Shown: positions 13,323 to 25,929 of the stretch, piece by piece
How positions within the stretch are numbered: position 1 is the first letter of the stretch
Layout of the letters: each line of letters begins with the position of its first letter
Origin: Podarcis melisellensis
Lineage: Eukaryota
Assembly: GCA_964234715.1 (NCBI GenBank)
Contig: OZ174278.1
Length of the DNA stretch: 64,000 nt
Reading direction: 5' to 3' (one strand)
The notes under the pieces: generated by a model
Told to the model about the DNA's origin: nothing
Database searches by the model: none
Seen by the model: only the letters and a program-made list of their open reading frames with translations
Translations under genes and position numbers: made by a program

Positions 13323-13689
13323 GTGCAGTGAATTTTCTATCATATTCAGCAGTCTTACGATCATAGTTAACATGCTGCCCTTCTCTTATTTACCTTTGAC
13401 AAGACAGGAACAGGCTGAAAACGGAATCATTTTATCCCGAGAAAGTCTCCTCCTTGTGGAAAACTATAGGGTGCTCCTCTCTGATCTGAGTAAGCATGAC
13501 TGCACCATGTCAGCATCATATTAGCACCAATGTAGGCGTGTTGTACTTTTTAAATGCTGTTTCAACATGTGTCACCGGATCTGTGTTCCTACAGGCTTCA
13601 CAACAACCTGCGCCCTCATAACTACAAGTTGATTGAGGCACCCTTATGAAAAAAAAAGATATAAATGTTTGTGGTTAAGGTGATAACCC

Positions 13690-13910
13690 TTTTGTTTTCT
13701 CTGTAATCCATCACAGGGCTTGTCAGGGCTGACAGCTCAGGCAGATTTTTTTTTTTTGAACACCTCTTTATCTGACAGCTCCATGCATCAAAAAGCAGCA
13801 AATAGAATTAGATCAAAGTCTACCAGTCGCTCCAGCCTTGGTAAAGTATGCAATCCTGTTTGTATCTTTATCTAGGCTCTGACAGTTCATTTTAACTGGC
13901 AAGAGGGGGA
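13690..13910. promoter_or_regulatory. Candidate conserved enhancer (TALE-motif cluster)
   Basis: TGACAG at 13730, 13773 and 13880, reverse TGTCAG at 13721, TAATCC near 13704; not recognisably repeat-derived. Confidence 0.45.
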
Positions 13911-14186
13911 AAGAATAACAGGGTGGGGTGGCAGCGAGAAGGAGGAGAAAAGTTTCTTTCAAGAAGACAGGGAAGTGCTGCGTTTTCTAAAGTACACTGT
14001 TTTCAAGGCATCGCTTCCCCATGACATCTGTGATGCCCTATGTACTCAGGTGTGCCGTATATATTTCATGAATGTTCCTGCTTCACTACACCGCCACTGG
14101 AAAAGATCAGTATGGACTTTGTTCTAGGTCTTTCCTTTTCTTTCTTTAAATATGCACTGGGGTTTTAAAAAAACAAAACCAATTCT

Positions 14187-14455
14187 AGAAGATGAAGAAG
14201 AAGAGGAAGAGGAGGAGTTTGGATTTGATATCCTGCTTTATCACTCCCCTTCAGGAGTCTCAAAGCGGCTAACATTCTCCTTTCCCTTCCTCCCCCACAA
14301 CAAACACTCTGTGAGGTGAGTGGGGCTGAGAGACTTCAAATAAGTGTGACTAGCCCAACGTCACCCAGCAGCTGCATGTGGAGAAGCGGGGAATCGAACC
14401 TGGTTCACCAGATTATGAGACTACCGCTCTCAACCACTACACCACACTGGCTCTC
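14187..14455 (-). mobile_element. Squam3B/POM-like SINE with (CTT/CCT)n tail
   Basis: The minus strand has a GAGAGCCAGTGTGGTGTAGTGG head, a GGTTCGATTCCC B-box and a trinucleotide tail. I recall this subfamily as lacertid. Confidence 0.75.
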
Positions 14456-16351
14456 TAGGTTTTCTAGGTTTTCACAACTGCCTGGCAAAAGAAACCTTGA
14501 AGCTTCAAATGTGTTGGGGATGCCTTGCCTACCAATGCCTGCTTGCTCCCTGTCTGCTCAGCCCCCGTCTCTGAAAATCAACAAACATTATACAGAACAC
14601 CATGCAACTCCCTAGCACTCCCATTCCTCCAAAGGGAACTGTTTCTGAATGCTGCCCTGAAACTTCCTACCGCTTAGGGGAAGTGAGAGCATGAAACAAT
14701 ATTTTAAGCAGAGAAAGCAAGGCAGAGAGTGGTTAAGCGCCTTTTAATCTATAGTTCACTGACTTGGGTAATTCACGAGGTTGATACTTCATGATAACCA
14801 TGGAAACAGGGAGAGAATTTCCTTCAGTTTCTCTTACATATAAACTAGCCAGCTGATTTATTTGCTTTGCTTGAAATGCCTGTGGGTGAATCTATAAAAA
14901 AAAGAAAGAAGGGTGTGTGTTAGATTTCCAATCTTTATTTTTTAAAAATTCACTTTATGGTGGAAAGCCAGGTAGTTTTTGCTTTGTGAACAACTCAGAT
15001 GTGCATTTAATGTCTTTGGCAGATGGCCTTCTGAGGCTCATTGAAGTTATGCTGGTCCATAGAATAGTTGCTGAACTTTATTACAAGAATGGATTTGACG
15101 ACCCTTACATATTTTAATTTTTTCCTCCTATCTGTCAAAAGCTTGCAAAATCACCAAGCAGTTCTCAACAACTGCCTGCCTCCCTACCCACCCTAGGCTG
15201 AGGCCTTACTGATAGGCTGATTGTTGGAGCATAAAGCAAAATCGTTCTAGAAAAGGAACGCTGTAGTCAGTTTAGCAAATAAAAAGCTACTTACCATTAT
15301 CCTGGCCTGGGATTTTAATACTGCTTTGCTCACAGCCAGACTGCTTGTAACTCTTCTATTTAAAAAGCTAAATCAAGAGCATTAAACAGCTTCTAATTAA
15401 GAAGGATATTATCACCTCAATGCACAGGGAGTTTTGCATGTACAGCCCTTTGCACTGAAGGAGAAGATACCCTGTTGCTTGTTAAAATAACAAATAAAAG
15501 TTTTAAAAGAGCTGGAAGTGGGTAAAGGAACCGCTGGCAAAATGTGCATTTTATTTTTAACTATACTAGGTCTTTTATACTAGGTAGAAGACATTCAAAA
15601 GTAGGCAGAGGGAGAGAGATTAATTTTCTTCCAAATATTCCCAAATGAGTAAGTAAAATAAAACCTGCCCTCTTTTGGCCTGTATTTTGGAGCTTTATAA
15701 TTTAGGAAGACTTTGGAATAACTGGTTGACAAGTCTTGTCAGTCGCTGACGTATGAGCGGATTATATTTGCTGCTATTCTGGACTTCTGGGGCACCAGGG
15801 TTTACACCAGAATAATAGAGTTGGCCAGGACGCCAGAAGGGATACAATTTACGAGCTTTCTCCATTATCTGCACAGCAGGGGGTATTCAGTCAACAGTGC
15901 AAAGGCTGAGCTTAAGCGTTTCCTGCTGGTTACCTGCTTTCAGCAATAGGTGTTGCTGTTTGGTAGTACCCAACTGGTTAGCTGTCAGATTCTAGAGCTC
16001 CCTATTGGTGGCTCTTAGGTAATTCACAAAATACAGAGTCCATTCATAAAACATAGTGTTCATTCATAAAGCAGTAACATAAATCTCCATTGCTACATAT
16101 TGGGTGTGTATTTTAGCAGTTGAACGTACAGGTTTATGGCCATGCTGTAGTGTAGTGCTTATGCGACTGTGAATAAAAGGTGGCCGGGCTCATCGCCGCG
16201 GGGTTGGGGGGGGAAGAAGGTGACAAAACTGATTTCCAATAAGTGCCCCTCCTTTATTTCCATAACAAGTCCTTGAGTCTGTACTCTGAATAGCGACACC
16301 AGGGACCTAGAAGGTGCAGGGCTTGTCAGTCCAACCCCTGCACAGCCTCAT

Positions 16352-16549
16352 CAGGGCTGACCTTAAGGCAATTGGAGCAATTGGGCCAAATTGGGCTCCG
16401 CGGGCCGCTCCTAAGGGGCTCCCTGCATCAGGGCAATCTAGATGGATTTTATTTATATCTATAAGATTTTGCGGACTTTGCAGGGGCCCTACAACCCCCC
16501 CTAAAGTTGGGCCCCACGTCTTCAAATTGGGCCTCATTGGCTAGCCCTG
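16352..16549. mobile_element. hAT-type MITE
   Basis: CAGGGCT...AGCCCTG termini; TSD AGCCTCAT / AGTCTCAT with one mismatch. Confidence 0.75.
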
Positions 16550-17072
16550 AGTCTCATAGTTGCTGGGCCTGAGTTGTGCTGCCCTCGCATGAAGTCTTGG
16601 GTTTGCAATTTTGGGAGAGGGGAAGTTGCCTGCTGGGGAGCGGGCAGGCTGGTGAGGCCCCCTAGATTTAGAGACCCTAGGCTTCAGCCTACTTAGCCTA
16701 TACATAAATCCAGCACTATTTGCATCCCATTTCCTTCTTGCCAAACTGCTTGCAAAAAACACAAATATTTTATCTTTGGCCTACTTTATTGCACACTGCA
16801 ATTCTGCCCCTCCCTCCTGAAACTCTGGCCTTTGGTCTCTGCTAACTATGGTTGAATCTATACACATATAAAAACTGTTCTGAAAATGCTTCTTTTTAAA
16901 AGCTTTTTTAAAAAAATACATTGGATTTTCCATAAGGCTCACCATCTCCATCTAGTGTCACATTGTCTATTGCACTTAAAACACACTTCAAACATTTTAT
17001 TTGCAGCTCTATAGCTGAGTCCTAGCTCTCACCTCAGGGAAGGGCTTTCTTCATTTTCCTTTGGGCCTAGAG

Positions 17073-17208
17073 CAGGCATCCCCAAACTCAGCCCTTGGGA
17101 TGTTTTGGGACTACAATTCCCATCATCCCTGACCACTGGTCTTGTTAGCTAGGGATGATGGGAGTTGTAGTCCCAAAACATCTGGAGGGCTGAGTTTGGG
17201 GCTGCCTG
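17073..17208. mobile_element. Palindromic hAT-type MITE
   Basis: The element is nearly self-complementary end to end (CAGGCATCCCCAAACTCAGCCC...GGGCTGAGTTTGGGGCTGCCTG); TSD not preserved. Degraded relatives lie near 27680-28010, 43295-43420 and 47655-47765. Confidence 0.8.
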
Positions 17209-17795
17209 GCCCATTCCTTTGTGCTCTTTCTAATGGTCCATCTCTCCAGGCGATTCCTTCATCAGGAAGCCTGGCTTATTTTTAAAAAACATGGCCAGCC
17301 TAGGCTTTGGTATGGGATTGGCAGAGTTCTTACACCCAACAAATGTATGGCAGGGTGAAATTTGTACCAGAAGTCTCAGGGCCTCTGACATGGCCTCGGA
17401 TGTTGTGTCAGGCCTCTGAAACCAGAAGTTGCATCAGAGCCTGTGCTGTGGGTGCCGAGCCCCTGGAGCCCCCTATGATTGGCACTATGCTACAGGATAA
17501 GCCTTTTATAATATGGAAATACAATTATGGGGGAAATGTCACCATGAATGTACTCTCTCTCTCATTTTGTTTTAAGTCACCCCTCCATGACAACCGTGTT
17601 GTGTCATTCCATGTTTCCCATGAGAGTCTTTTGTGACTGGTGCCTCTAACACTCTCTCAAAATCTAAAATGTACCCACCGGTCTAGAAAGCTTGACAACT
17701 CCTGCCTTAAAGTATGAGCAGGTCTTTAAGGTTAAAATATGCTTTTTGGGGTATCAAGATCTTAAGTTGCTTTTAGGGCTTTGTATGTTAATACA

Positions 17796-18144
17796 GCGCG
17801 GGTGGCGCTGTGGGTAAAACCTCAGCACTTGCCAATCGTATGGTCGGCGGTTCGAATCCCCGCGGCGGGGTGAGCTCCCGTTGTTCGGTCCCAGCTCCTG
17901 CCCACCTAGTAGTTCGAAAGCACTCTTAAGTGCAAGTAGATAAATAGGTACCGCTTTATAGCGGGAAGGTAAACGGCGTTTCCGTGTGTTGCGCTGGTGC
18001 TGGCTCGCCAGAACAGCTTCGTCACACTGGCCATGTGACCCGGAAGTGTCTCTGGACAGCGCTGGCCCCCGGCCTCTTAAGTGAGATGGGCGCACAACCC
18101 TAGAGTCGGACACGACTGGCCCATACGGGCAGGGGTACCTTTAC
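17796..18144 (+). mobile_element. Sauria SINE (Squam1), young and CpG-rich
   Basis: Head GCGGGTGGCGCTGTGG, B-box GGTTCGAATCCC, ACCTTTAC tail; 12-bp TSD TATGTTAATACA (17784-17795, 18145-18156). Confidence 0.92.
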
Positions 18145-20214
18145 TATGTTAATACAAGTGCTTTGGACTTGCCTCTGTAGTGCTTCTCTATATAAAACAA
18201 TTGCCTGCACATAAAAAAAGCCATTTCAGAAAGAAGGGCACTAGATTAGCCTTCTCCTCAACATGTCAGTTTTCTGTGGGCAGAGATCTATTTACTTTAT
18301 GCATAACATGTTTTCTCGACTACAAGTTGTATCTATAGCTGTAGGCTTAATTTTTCTCTCTCTTTGGCAAATGTAAACTAAATGAATTGCATAGAACCGT
18401 GCACTGAGAAAATGAATAAGTGCAAAGACATTTAAGAATGCCACTCATTATCCTCATGATTTGTGGCACCAATATTCTGACAAGTGATGGAGGCTATTCG
18501 CGAGTAAAACAACATAGCAATGGCTTGGAAAGCAAACAGAGCAGTGTAGCCCACAAACACAACACAACCATTCAACATCAGCATGCCCAGAAAACTATTT
18601 TGGCTCTTTGTTATATTTTATTATTAGCTATAGGAACAAACCATAAATTCAGGGCATTCAAAACATGAGAAAGGGGGTTTGAGTTGTTTTGTCAGGCTAG
18701 ATCTGTAGACAGATTGTCTCTCTCTCTCAGCCTCCATACCTGGTATGGCGGGGTCAGTCTGCGCATATTTATGGCGCAAGCACATATTTTCCAACCACAC
18801 AATTTCCGGTTCATCCCAATGTACGACCAACATTTAAACTATGGAAGAGGAATTTTTGTGCCTCTATGACCTTGGGTTGAAACAAGAGTTGGGTTTTGGG
18901 GTGTGGTTACAACTGGCTTGTAGTTCTAGATGCCGCAAAGCAAGAGGAATTGAAATATAAAAAGAGAAACATTAAAAAAACAACGGGGTCAGCTTGCCAT
19001 TTCTATTGAAGATATAACTACAGGCAAAGGTTGGACATATGAGCAAAATTGAAGCCCCACTTAGTTTACTTCCAGACAAACTTTTTTAGGTTTGTCTCCT
19101 GACGCAGCAAATTTGGTGAAAACCACACAGATCTTCTCCTAGGCCTGTTCTCCTATTCAAAGACAGACACGTGGTTTCTTATTGCACCCCAAATTGCTTA
19201 TAATAACAATATGAAATCATGACCTGTGATTTTTGTCTACCTGTCCTTTTTATATGGTCTGCATGCATAAATTGAAATCTTTTCGCAACATTTTTTGCTT
19301 TAGGGCAGGGGTGAGGAACCTTATTCAGACCAAAGGGCACAATTGTATCTACAAAACCTTCCAGGGGCCACATGACAGAGTAGGTGAAGCAATAATGCAA
19401 CTTTTACCTTTATTCTGCACTGGGTTTTATTATCATTACTTGATTTCTCCTTATCCTGTAGCTGAAAGATAATTCAGATCCTCAAAGTTTCCCTATTATG
19501 CAGGGACAAGCCCCAGATTTACAGAAGCTGTCCCAGTTTCTGATTTGATCCCAGAATGTCTTTTCCTTAAGACATCCCTGTTTTCATTGGAGAAATGTTG
19601 GAGGGAATGGATAATTACTTGACCAAAGCCACAGAATGAGAATATTAAATTGCATATTAAAACTCAAATATCAAGCTTTCATGCCTGGCTGATGCCAGTG
19701 TTGTTTCCCATGTTTAAACCACTCTGAATATGGGAACAAATAAAGACCTCTTGAATGACTAGGAGATTTCACGAACGGGTGCTTAAGAAAGTGTAAGCCT
19801 GCAGATTATTAAGGCAACAAGAGATTTCTGGCATTTGACAATGTCTCATTGGGGAATGTCCCGATTTTCCTTATGAGCAATTGAGGCAGAGGGAAACTAA
19901 ACTGGAGAGAAATTAATTTGAATTCCGTCTTGCCAGCCAGAAAACCTCTCTGTTGTAAACACCAACCTCTTAATTAGACAATTTGCCCTTTTGTTTTCTA
20001 ATAACAGCCCAATAGGTATGTTTCTGCCATACTGAGCTGTCTTATGAGGATTAGCTAAAGGAAACTGCATTTTGAACTTCACCTTTTAATTAACTTTTAA
20101 TGAATTGTTTATACAACAGAAGTAGTCACAGAGGGAATCCAAAATTTGGGAGCAGCTAAAGCAATATATTTTGAAAGGTATATCGCTTGTATATTATGAG
20201 CTCTCTCATAAACA

Positions 20215-20217
<3 letters not shown>

Positions 20218-20246
<29 letters not shown>
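20218..20246. repeat. (GT)n microsatellite
   Basis: Directly visible. Confidence 0.95.
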
Positions 20247-20247
<1 letters not shown>

Positions 20248-21610
20248 ACGTGCTCTGTCTTACACATTGATTAACAGTTAATCCCATGTTATTTAGAATA
20301 TGCACTATAAAGTCATCACAGAACAAAGATGAGCAGGGGGAAAATAAAATCTAATTATGTAAACATGCCATCTTTGTTTGTCAGTTTTTGTTACTGGGAA
20401 ATGGATTTTCCTTATTTATGACTGCCTCTGTAGTTATCTTAAGTGAAAGGATGGTTTGGCTGCGACGCCCTTGGCTGTTGGCAGCCTAGCCCCCTGTCTA
20501 TCTTGACAATGATTGGATTCCAGGAAAAAGCTGGATCGAGGTGAGGATCTCTGGCGTGGTGTGTGTAATCACTCTTGGCACTTGCTGTCAGGAAGACAAC
20601 TTTGGTTCTGAGTCTAGAGGATCATTAGGAATGATACATCAAATGCCTGAAAACAAATGGGGGCTTAATCTTCAATGAAAGAGAACATCGGCAAAAAGGT
20701 GTCTTTCATGATCCTGGTTACCTTACATGCTGGGAGGAATTGGCAGGCTTACCTGTATTGCATTTTCTCTCTAGTATTTACAAAATTCTGCTGGTGTTGC
20801 ATTATAAGAATGGAATACTGTTCCACTGTGCAAGAGGCAGTTCATTCTTAAGGGGCCAGCCTTTTATTGGTTTAAATCAATAGATTTTCTCCCTAAAGCA
20901 TAAGTTGATGGGGGCATTTCTTAACTTGGGGATCTGAGTGTTAAGAGCAGACCACGTCTGCATTTTGAGGCTATTCTGCTGGGCTGAGGCAATAGGAAAT
21001 GAAAACGAAACTTCAGTTTCCCTTTCTAAAAATATGCATAAGCTGTTTGTTTGTTTGTTTAAGGGTAATCACACATTCCCTACAATCTCTGAAAAGGACA
21101 CCTATATTGAGGTCTAGGCGACATGCAAATGTATTTATATTTATTAGGCAATTGATTCATTTAGTAACAAGAAGATGATTAATCCACTAAATATCCTTTA
21201 ATTGATTGACAGCTCTAATAGTTTTGGCTCCTTGGCACCTGCACACGGATCCATTTGAAACACCCTGCAGGTGGAGTCAGGGGTTTATTCCGCGTCTGAT
21301 CATTTAAAACCTCACTGGAATATTAGCAAAAGGACAGGTGGTGTGGATTTAGGGCCCTCCCTGGAGGTTTTATTTTCTGCTCCATAAATTATAACATGGT
21401 GCTGTAAGATTATGGCAAGATATAATCCTATTCCATGGTATTTATAGGGGATCAGAACTCATTTCTCTCAGCAGCCCAAGGTTACATATTAGACTCTTTT
21501 AGACTGAGCTCTTCAGCAATATTTAATCCCAATTAGCTGGCTGAATGCAGCTAAAGAAAGCTATACATTATTCCAAGAACTAGTGTTCTGTGGTAATGCC
21601 TATGATTTTG

Positions 21611-21666
21611 TGTATTATTTCTAAGACCTTTGTTGGCTGTATTATTTCTAAGACCTCTGTTGGCTG
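21611..21666. repeat. 27-bp tandem duplication
   Basis: TGTATTATTTCTAAGACCT(T/C)TGTTGGC occurs twice. Confidence 0.9.
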
Positions 21667-22815
21667 CTAAAATAAAATACCTTAATTTTTCATTCAATAG
21701 GTGTATTTTACAGTTTATGATCCTACTCTCTAGCAAGAACCCCCATATTTAATCATTGATAGTTTGACTTCTTTTCTTTTTTAAAAATAGATTTTCACTT
21801 GGAGTACTTCGCTAATAATGTTGTCTCTCGACAAAACATCAAAAACACAATTAAATATCAAACATTAATGACTTCCCTATACAGGGCTGTCTTCAGATAG
21901 CTGTTTATTTCCTTAATATCTGATGGTGTTCCACAGGACATCTGAAGGTGATCCACAGGGCGGATCTCACCACTCCTGAGAAGGCCCTCTGTCTGATTCC
22001 CTGAAACTTCAGTTCTTGCAGTGAGGAAACCGCCAGAAGGTCCTTGGAGAACAAGCCATTGCTCTGTGAGGTCATGGACTCTGTCATGCCAAGGGATTGG
22101 TTCTCACTTGAGACTATCAGTGTGGTGGACAGGAGCTTCTGCAGCTCCACTGCCATGGTATATAGTAGCACCACCTGGATGTGAATGCAGGAAGAAAGGC
22201 TTATTCAAACAAACTACTCTCACTTGAATGTTCAAACTGTCTGCATTGGGTTTAATGCCAAACAATGTGATTTTTTTTTTGTCAGTGATCATTCACTTGC
22301 ATGTGACCTATGCAAGTCTTCAGTTGATGCTACAATCAACCAGTTATAAATGTGCATGTCCGTGGGGGGAAAAATCCCCCAGAAAGCAACCTCACCTATT
22401 CCCAAGTGGAACCTGGAAGAGGTGCATTTTGTTGACTCCGGATTTCTATAGTAAGCAGAGGAGCCATTAAGCTGCGCCAACTGCACACTCTAGGCTGTTC
22501 CCACTCGACACTGGTATCTGTTTACCTGTAAGCACACACCTTTAATTTCTTTTTTTTATACAAGTTTCTCAGTCTGCCAGATTTGCACAAAACAGTAGCC
22601 GTGTGTGTGTGTGTGTGTTCCTCCAAGCCAGGAAAGCTGAGATCCATGGGTAGATATTTACATGTGCATGTATACTTTTTGTGATCTACCATGCTTGCAC
22701 AAAAGAGCAGTCCCAAAATAAAAATAAGTGATGCCTCACTCCAAACTAGGTAAGGATTTGGAGTTGTTCACACGAAAGGCTGCCTGTTGCTTCATTTCCT
22801 CCCACCTCCTGTACC

Positions 22816-22926
22816 CATGGGTGTAGCCAGGGGGCTCACAGGGGATCCACAAATATTATTGAAAAGCCTTCCCTTTCAACAAAAGCTCAACAACTTTGGC
22901 TAACAAAAATCCTGGCTATGCCCATG
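22816..22926. mobile_element. Small MITE with hAT-like TIRs
   Basis: CATGGGTGTAGCCAGG...CCTGGCTATGCCCATG; no TSD visible. Confidence 0.6.
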
Positions 22927-23036
22927 CCACTGGAATGCACAAGAGGCCTGAGAATGGGATTGGAAGAACTAAAAACAATGCCACTGACCTCTGAACTTAG
23001 AGCTCTTTTGGACATGCCTTCAGGTAGCCATTCATA

Positions 23037-23202
23037 CAGTGGCGTAGCGTGGGGGGTGCAGGGGGGGCTGGCCGAACCGGGCGCAACATCTGGGGGGGCG
23101 CACTCGCACTAGTGGAAGAGACTCGAGTGCTAAAATCCACGGGTTAGGGGGCGCAAATTACTTGCCTTGCCCCGGGTGCTGACAACCCACGCTACGCCAC
23201 TG
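23037..23202. mobile_element. hAT-type MITE (TTAGGG family), copy 4, variant interior
   Basis: Same TIRs; TSD CATTCATA (23029-23036, 23203-23210). Confidence 0.93.
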
Positions 23203-23392
23203 CATTCATATAACCAACAGTACACAGCCAATGGATTAGAAAATTGCTCCTGCTTAACCTTCAAGGTATCCGAGTCAAGCTGAGCAGATGTTCGATAGTT
23301 TGTTCACAATGGGCCATCTCTCTCTCTCTCCCAAAAAATGATCAGTAGAGAATAAAGTCTCCCTTGTAGTGCCATCTGGCATTTACATAGAA

Positions 23393-23567
23393 ACACAGGA
23401 AGTTGCCATGTACCAAATCAGACCATTGGTCTATCTAGCTCAGTGTTGTCAACACTGACCAACAGCAGTTCTCCAGGGTTTTCGGCAGAGGACATTCCCA
23501 GTCCTATTGGGATGAACCTTGGGCCTTCTTTGTCATCACATGTGCTCTGCCACTGACCTATGACCCC
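23393..23567 (-). mobile_element. Squam2-like SINE, degraded
   Basis: The pattern AGGAAGTTGCC...CAGACCATTGGTCTATCTAGCTCAG...GCTCTGCCACTGA. A similar degraded copy lies on the + strand near 41075-41200. Confidence 0.55.
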
Positions 23568-25929
23568 TCCACAACTTGTTTTCTAAACATCCATGTAGCT
23601 GTGGCATTTGGTATAAAATTAAAAATGGGCTGAATGGGTTGAGTTTGATTAAAAAGCAAAGTCAATGTTCCAGACGCATTGCTCCTCAACACAGCAGCTT
23701 CCAAGGAGGAGGAGACTTGTCGCTGAACCTGGAGGAGTTCAAAATCCACTTCTGCCATCAGGTCACTGACCTTGGAATACTAGTCTGTAAAATGGGAATA
23801 TAGCAACAGCTCACTCTGCAGAGATATAGCCAAGGTTGTGAAGCATTTTGTCCCTTTAATCTTCACCAGCTGGAACAACTTTTATAGATTTCACTTAAAG
23901 TTTTTTTAGAATCACAATCTTAACAACCCATTCCAGTGTGTATGAACTTGAATGTAAATCACACTGGATTCCTTGAGGCTGATTTCTGAGTAGTAATGCA
24001 TAGCATTGTAGCAAAAGATCACAGTCCTAACCATTTTTACTTGGCAGTAAGTCCCATAGGACGAATCCTATGCTTCTGAGTGAACATATTTTGCATGGGG
24101 TCATTAATGCTGTAATAATAATTTAGGAATTGTGAGTGCCACCCAGTTCCATCAAAGTCAATAGGATATTTGTCATTAACTTCAATACAATGTGGATTGT
24201 GCCTACTGAATTTTGGACGACTCGTATATGCATTTTTTCTCGAATGTAGAAAAAAAGCAAACATCTTTTTTTCTGATTTTTAAGTCTCACCCTGTAACTT
24301 AGTTACAACATTAGCAGGCTAATGAATACTGCATTGTTGTTGTTTTTTTAAAGTATGAATATACTTCTTCTGTAAATTATCATTCTACAGAACTGGACAT
24401 AACCTCAGTCCAGCCAGATAAACAAGATAAAAGTCTTGGGTATGTGTGGGATGAACGACAATGGCTACTTCCTCCTAGTAGCCACATTTGTAGCCATATT
24501 TATTATAAGTAGCCTTGGGCAAAAAAGTTATACGTCTCATTAATCCAAATCAGCTTCCCGGATTGTATGCTAAGCATTGTCGCAGTTGCCACATAGTGTA
24601 TGTTTCCTCCCCTCCTCCCTTTTGTTCTTCAATACAGCGCTTACGAAGCTAAGGAACCATTGTCACGTCCCATTGCATGAACAAAATGTACGAGAATTGA
24701 TGGGGCTTTCTACCTAATGTGGTTACCATGAACCTGGTTTGTTTATTTAATGAACAAAATGTCACAGCGTATCTGCATCCTCCTGACATCTGAAACAGTG
24801 GCAGCTGCTGGTGGCAGATTTGCTGAAAACAGGGGTGCAGAATTAACCAATTCAATTTGCATTTCGTCCAAAACAGAAGCTCTTTTGAAAACATTCTTTA
24901 AAAGAGCACACACACGTATGTTGTGCACAGATGTCCTGTGTACTATTCTACTGAATAGAAAGAGACATTGCGGGTGGCGGGTGGGTGCTGGGGGGCGGGG
25001 GGGAGACACACCAACTTTAATCCTGCCATGACTGGATCTACTTCAGCACAAGTATATTTACAGTACTTCATTTAGATTATATGTGATTTCATTATCAGTC
25101 AGTCGAAAGGCGGATATTAGCTACGGGTGGATTTTATAGCATTTCATAATCACAGGGTTCCATGTTGCCTCTATTTCTTCATTCATACTGAGCTTCAGTT
25201 ATAGAGGGGTAATCATGGGAAACTATGCAATTATGCATAAATGATGCATCTCTTTAAAATTAATGCAGATATAAGAGAAAAAAGATATGATGTATCTAAC
25301 ATTTTACACTTCTGAGCATGCAAAGAAATGTGAGGTTCATCTTGATTATTCCCCCCTTTTACATATGGGGAAACTAGGATCAAGTGAGAATAACTGAGTA
25401 AGAAAACCTGAATCCAGTTCTTCCCCAGTTCAACTCTAACATTGCCTAAGCCTGGGGCTGCAAACTGATACCCGTTTTTTTTGGGGGGGGGAATAAGCCC
25501 CCCGCTAGAGTCAATGGCTCTGATGTCTAAATGAGAATTGCTTGAGTTTAGGGAAGACATACACAAAATAGCTAAATGCCCTTAAGAAACAGACACACCC
25601 AGACACAAAAGCACATGCAAGAATCAAGAATAGGGGTAGGGCTTGATGGGCTTTTGGGAAGAGAGGAAAGCAAAGCAAAAGGTAAAGGGGCTGAGATGCT
25701 TGAGACAGACCATTTTCTGAGAATGAAGCCCACAGTTTTGCCAGGATGCTGAATTCTCTCTCCCCCCCCCCCCCCCCCGGCCAGCACCCATATGCAAAAG
25801 TTAACATCCCTCATTTGCAAAAGGTTGCTGTTTAGAATAGCTGGTGCTATGTAGTGACATTTGCAGGCTGAGATTTGTCTGGCTCTTTCTACAGTGTGAA
25901 GGCAGTGTGTCTAGTCTCTACAGCCTCCA

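Noticed and set aside
2305-23112. Recurrent similar small ORFs (GGAGRTGRNIWGLGLGG...) suggesting a gene family
   Set aside because: All derive from copies of the same non-coding MITE.
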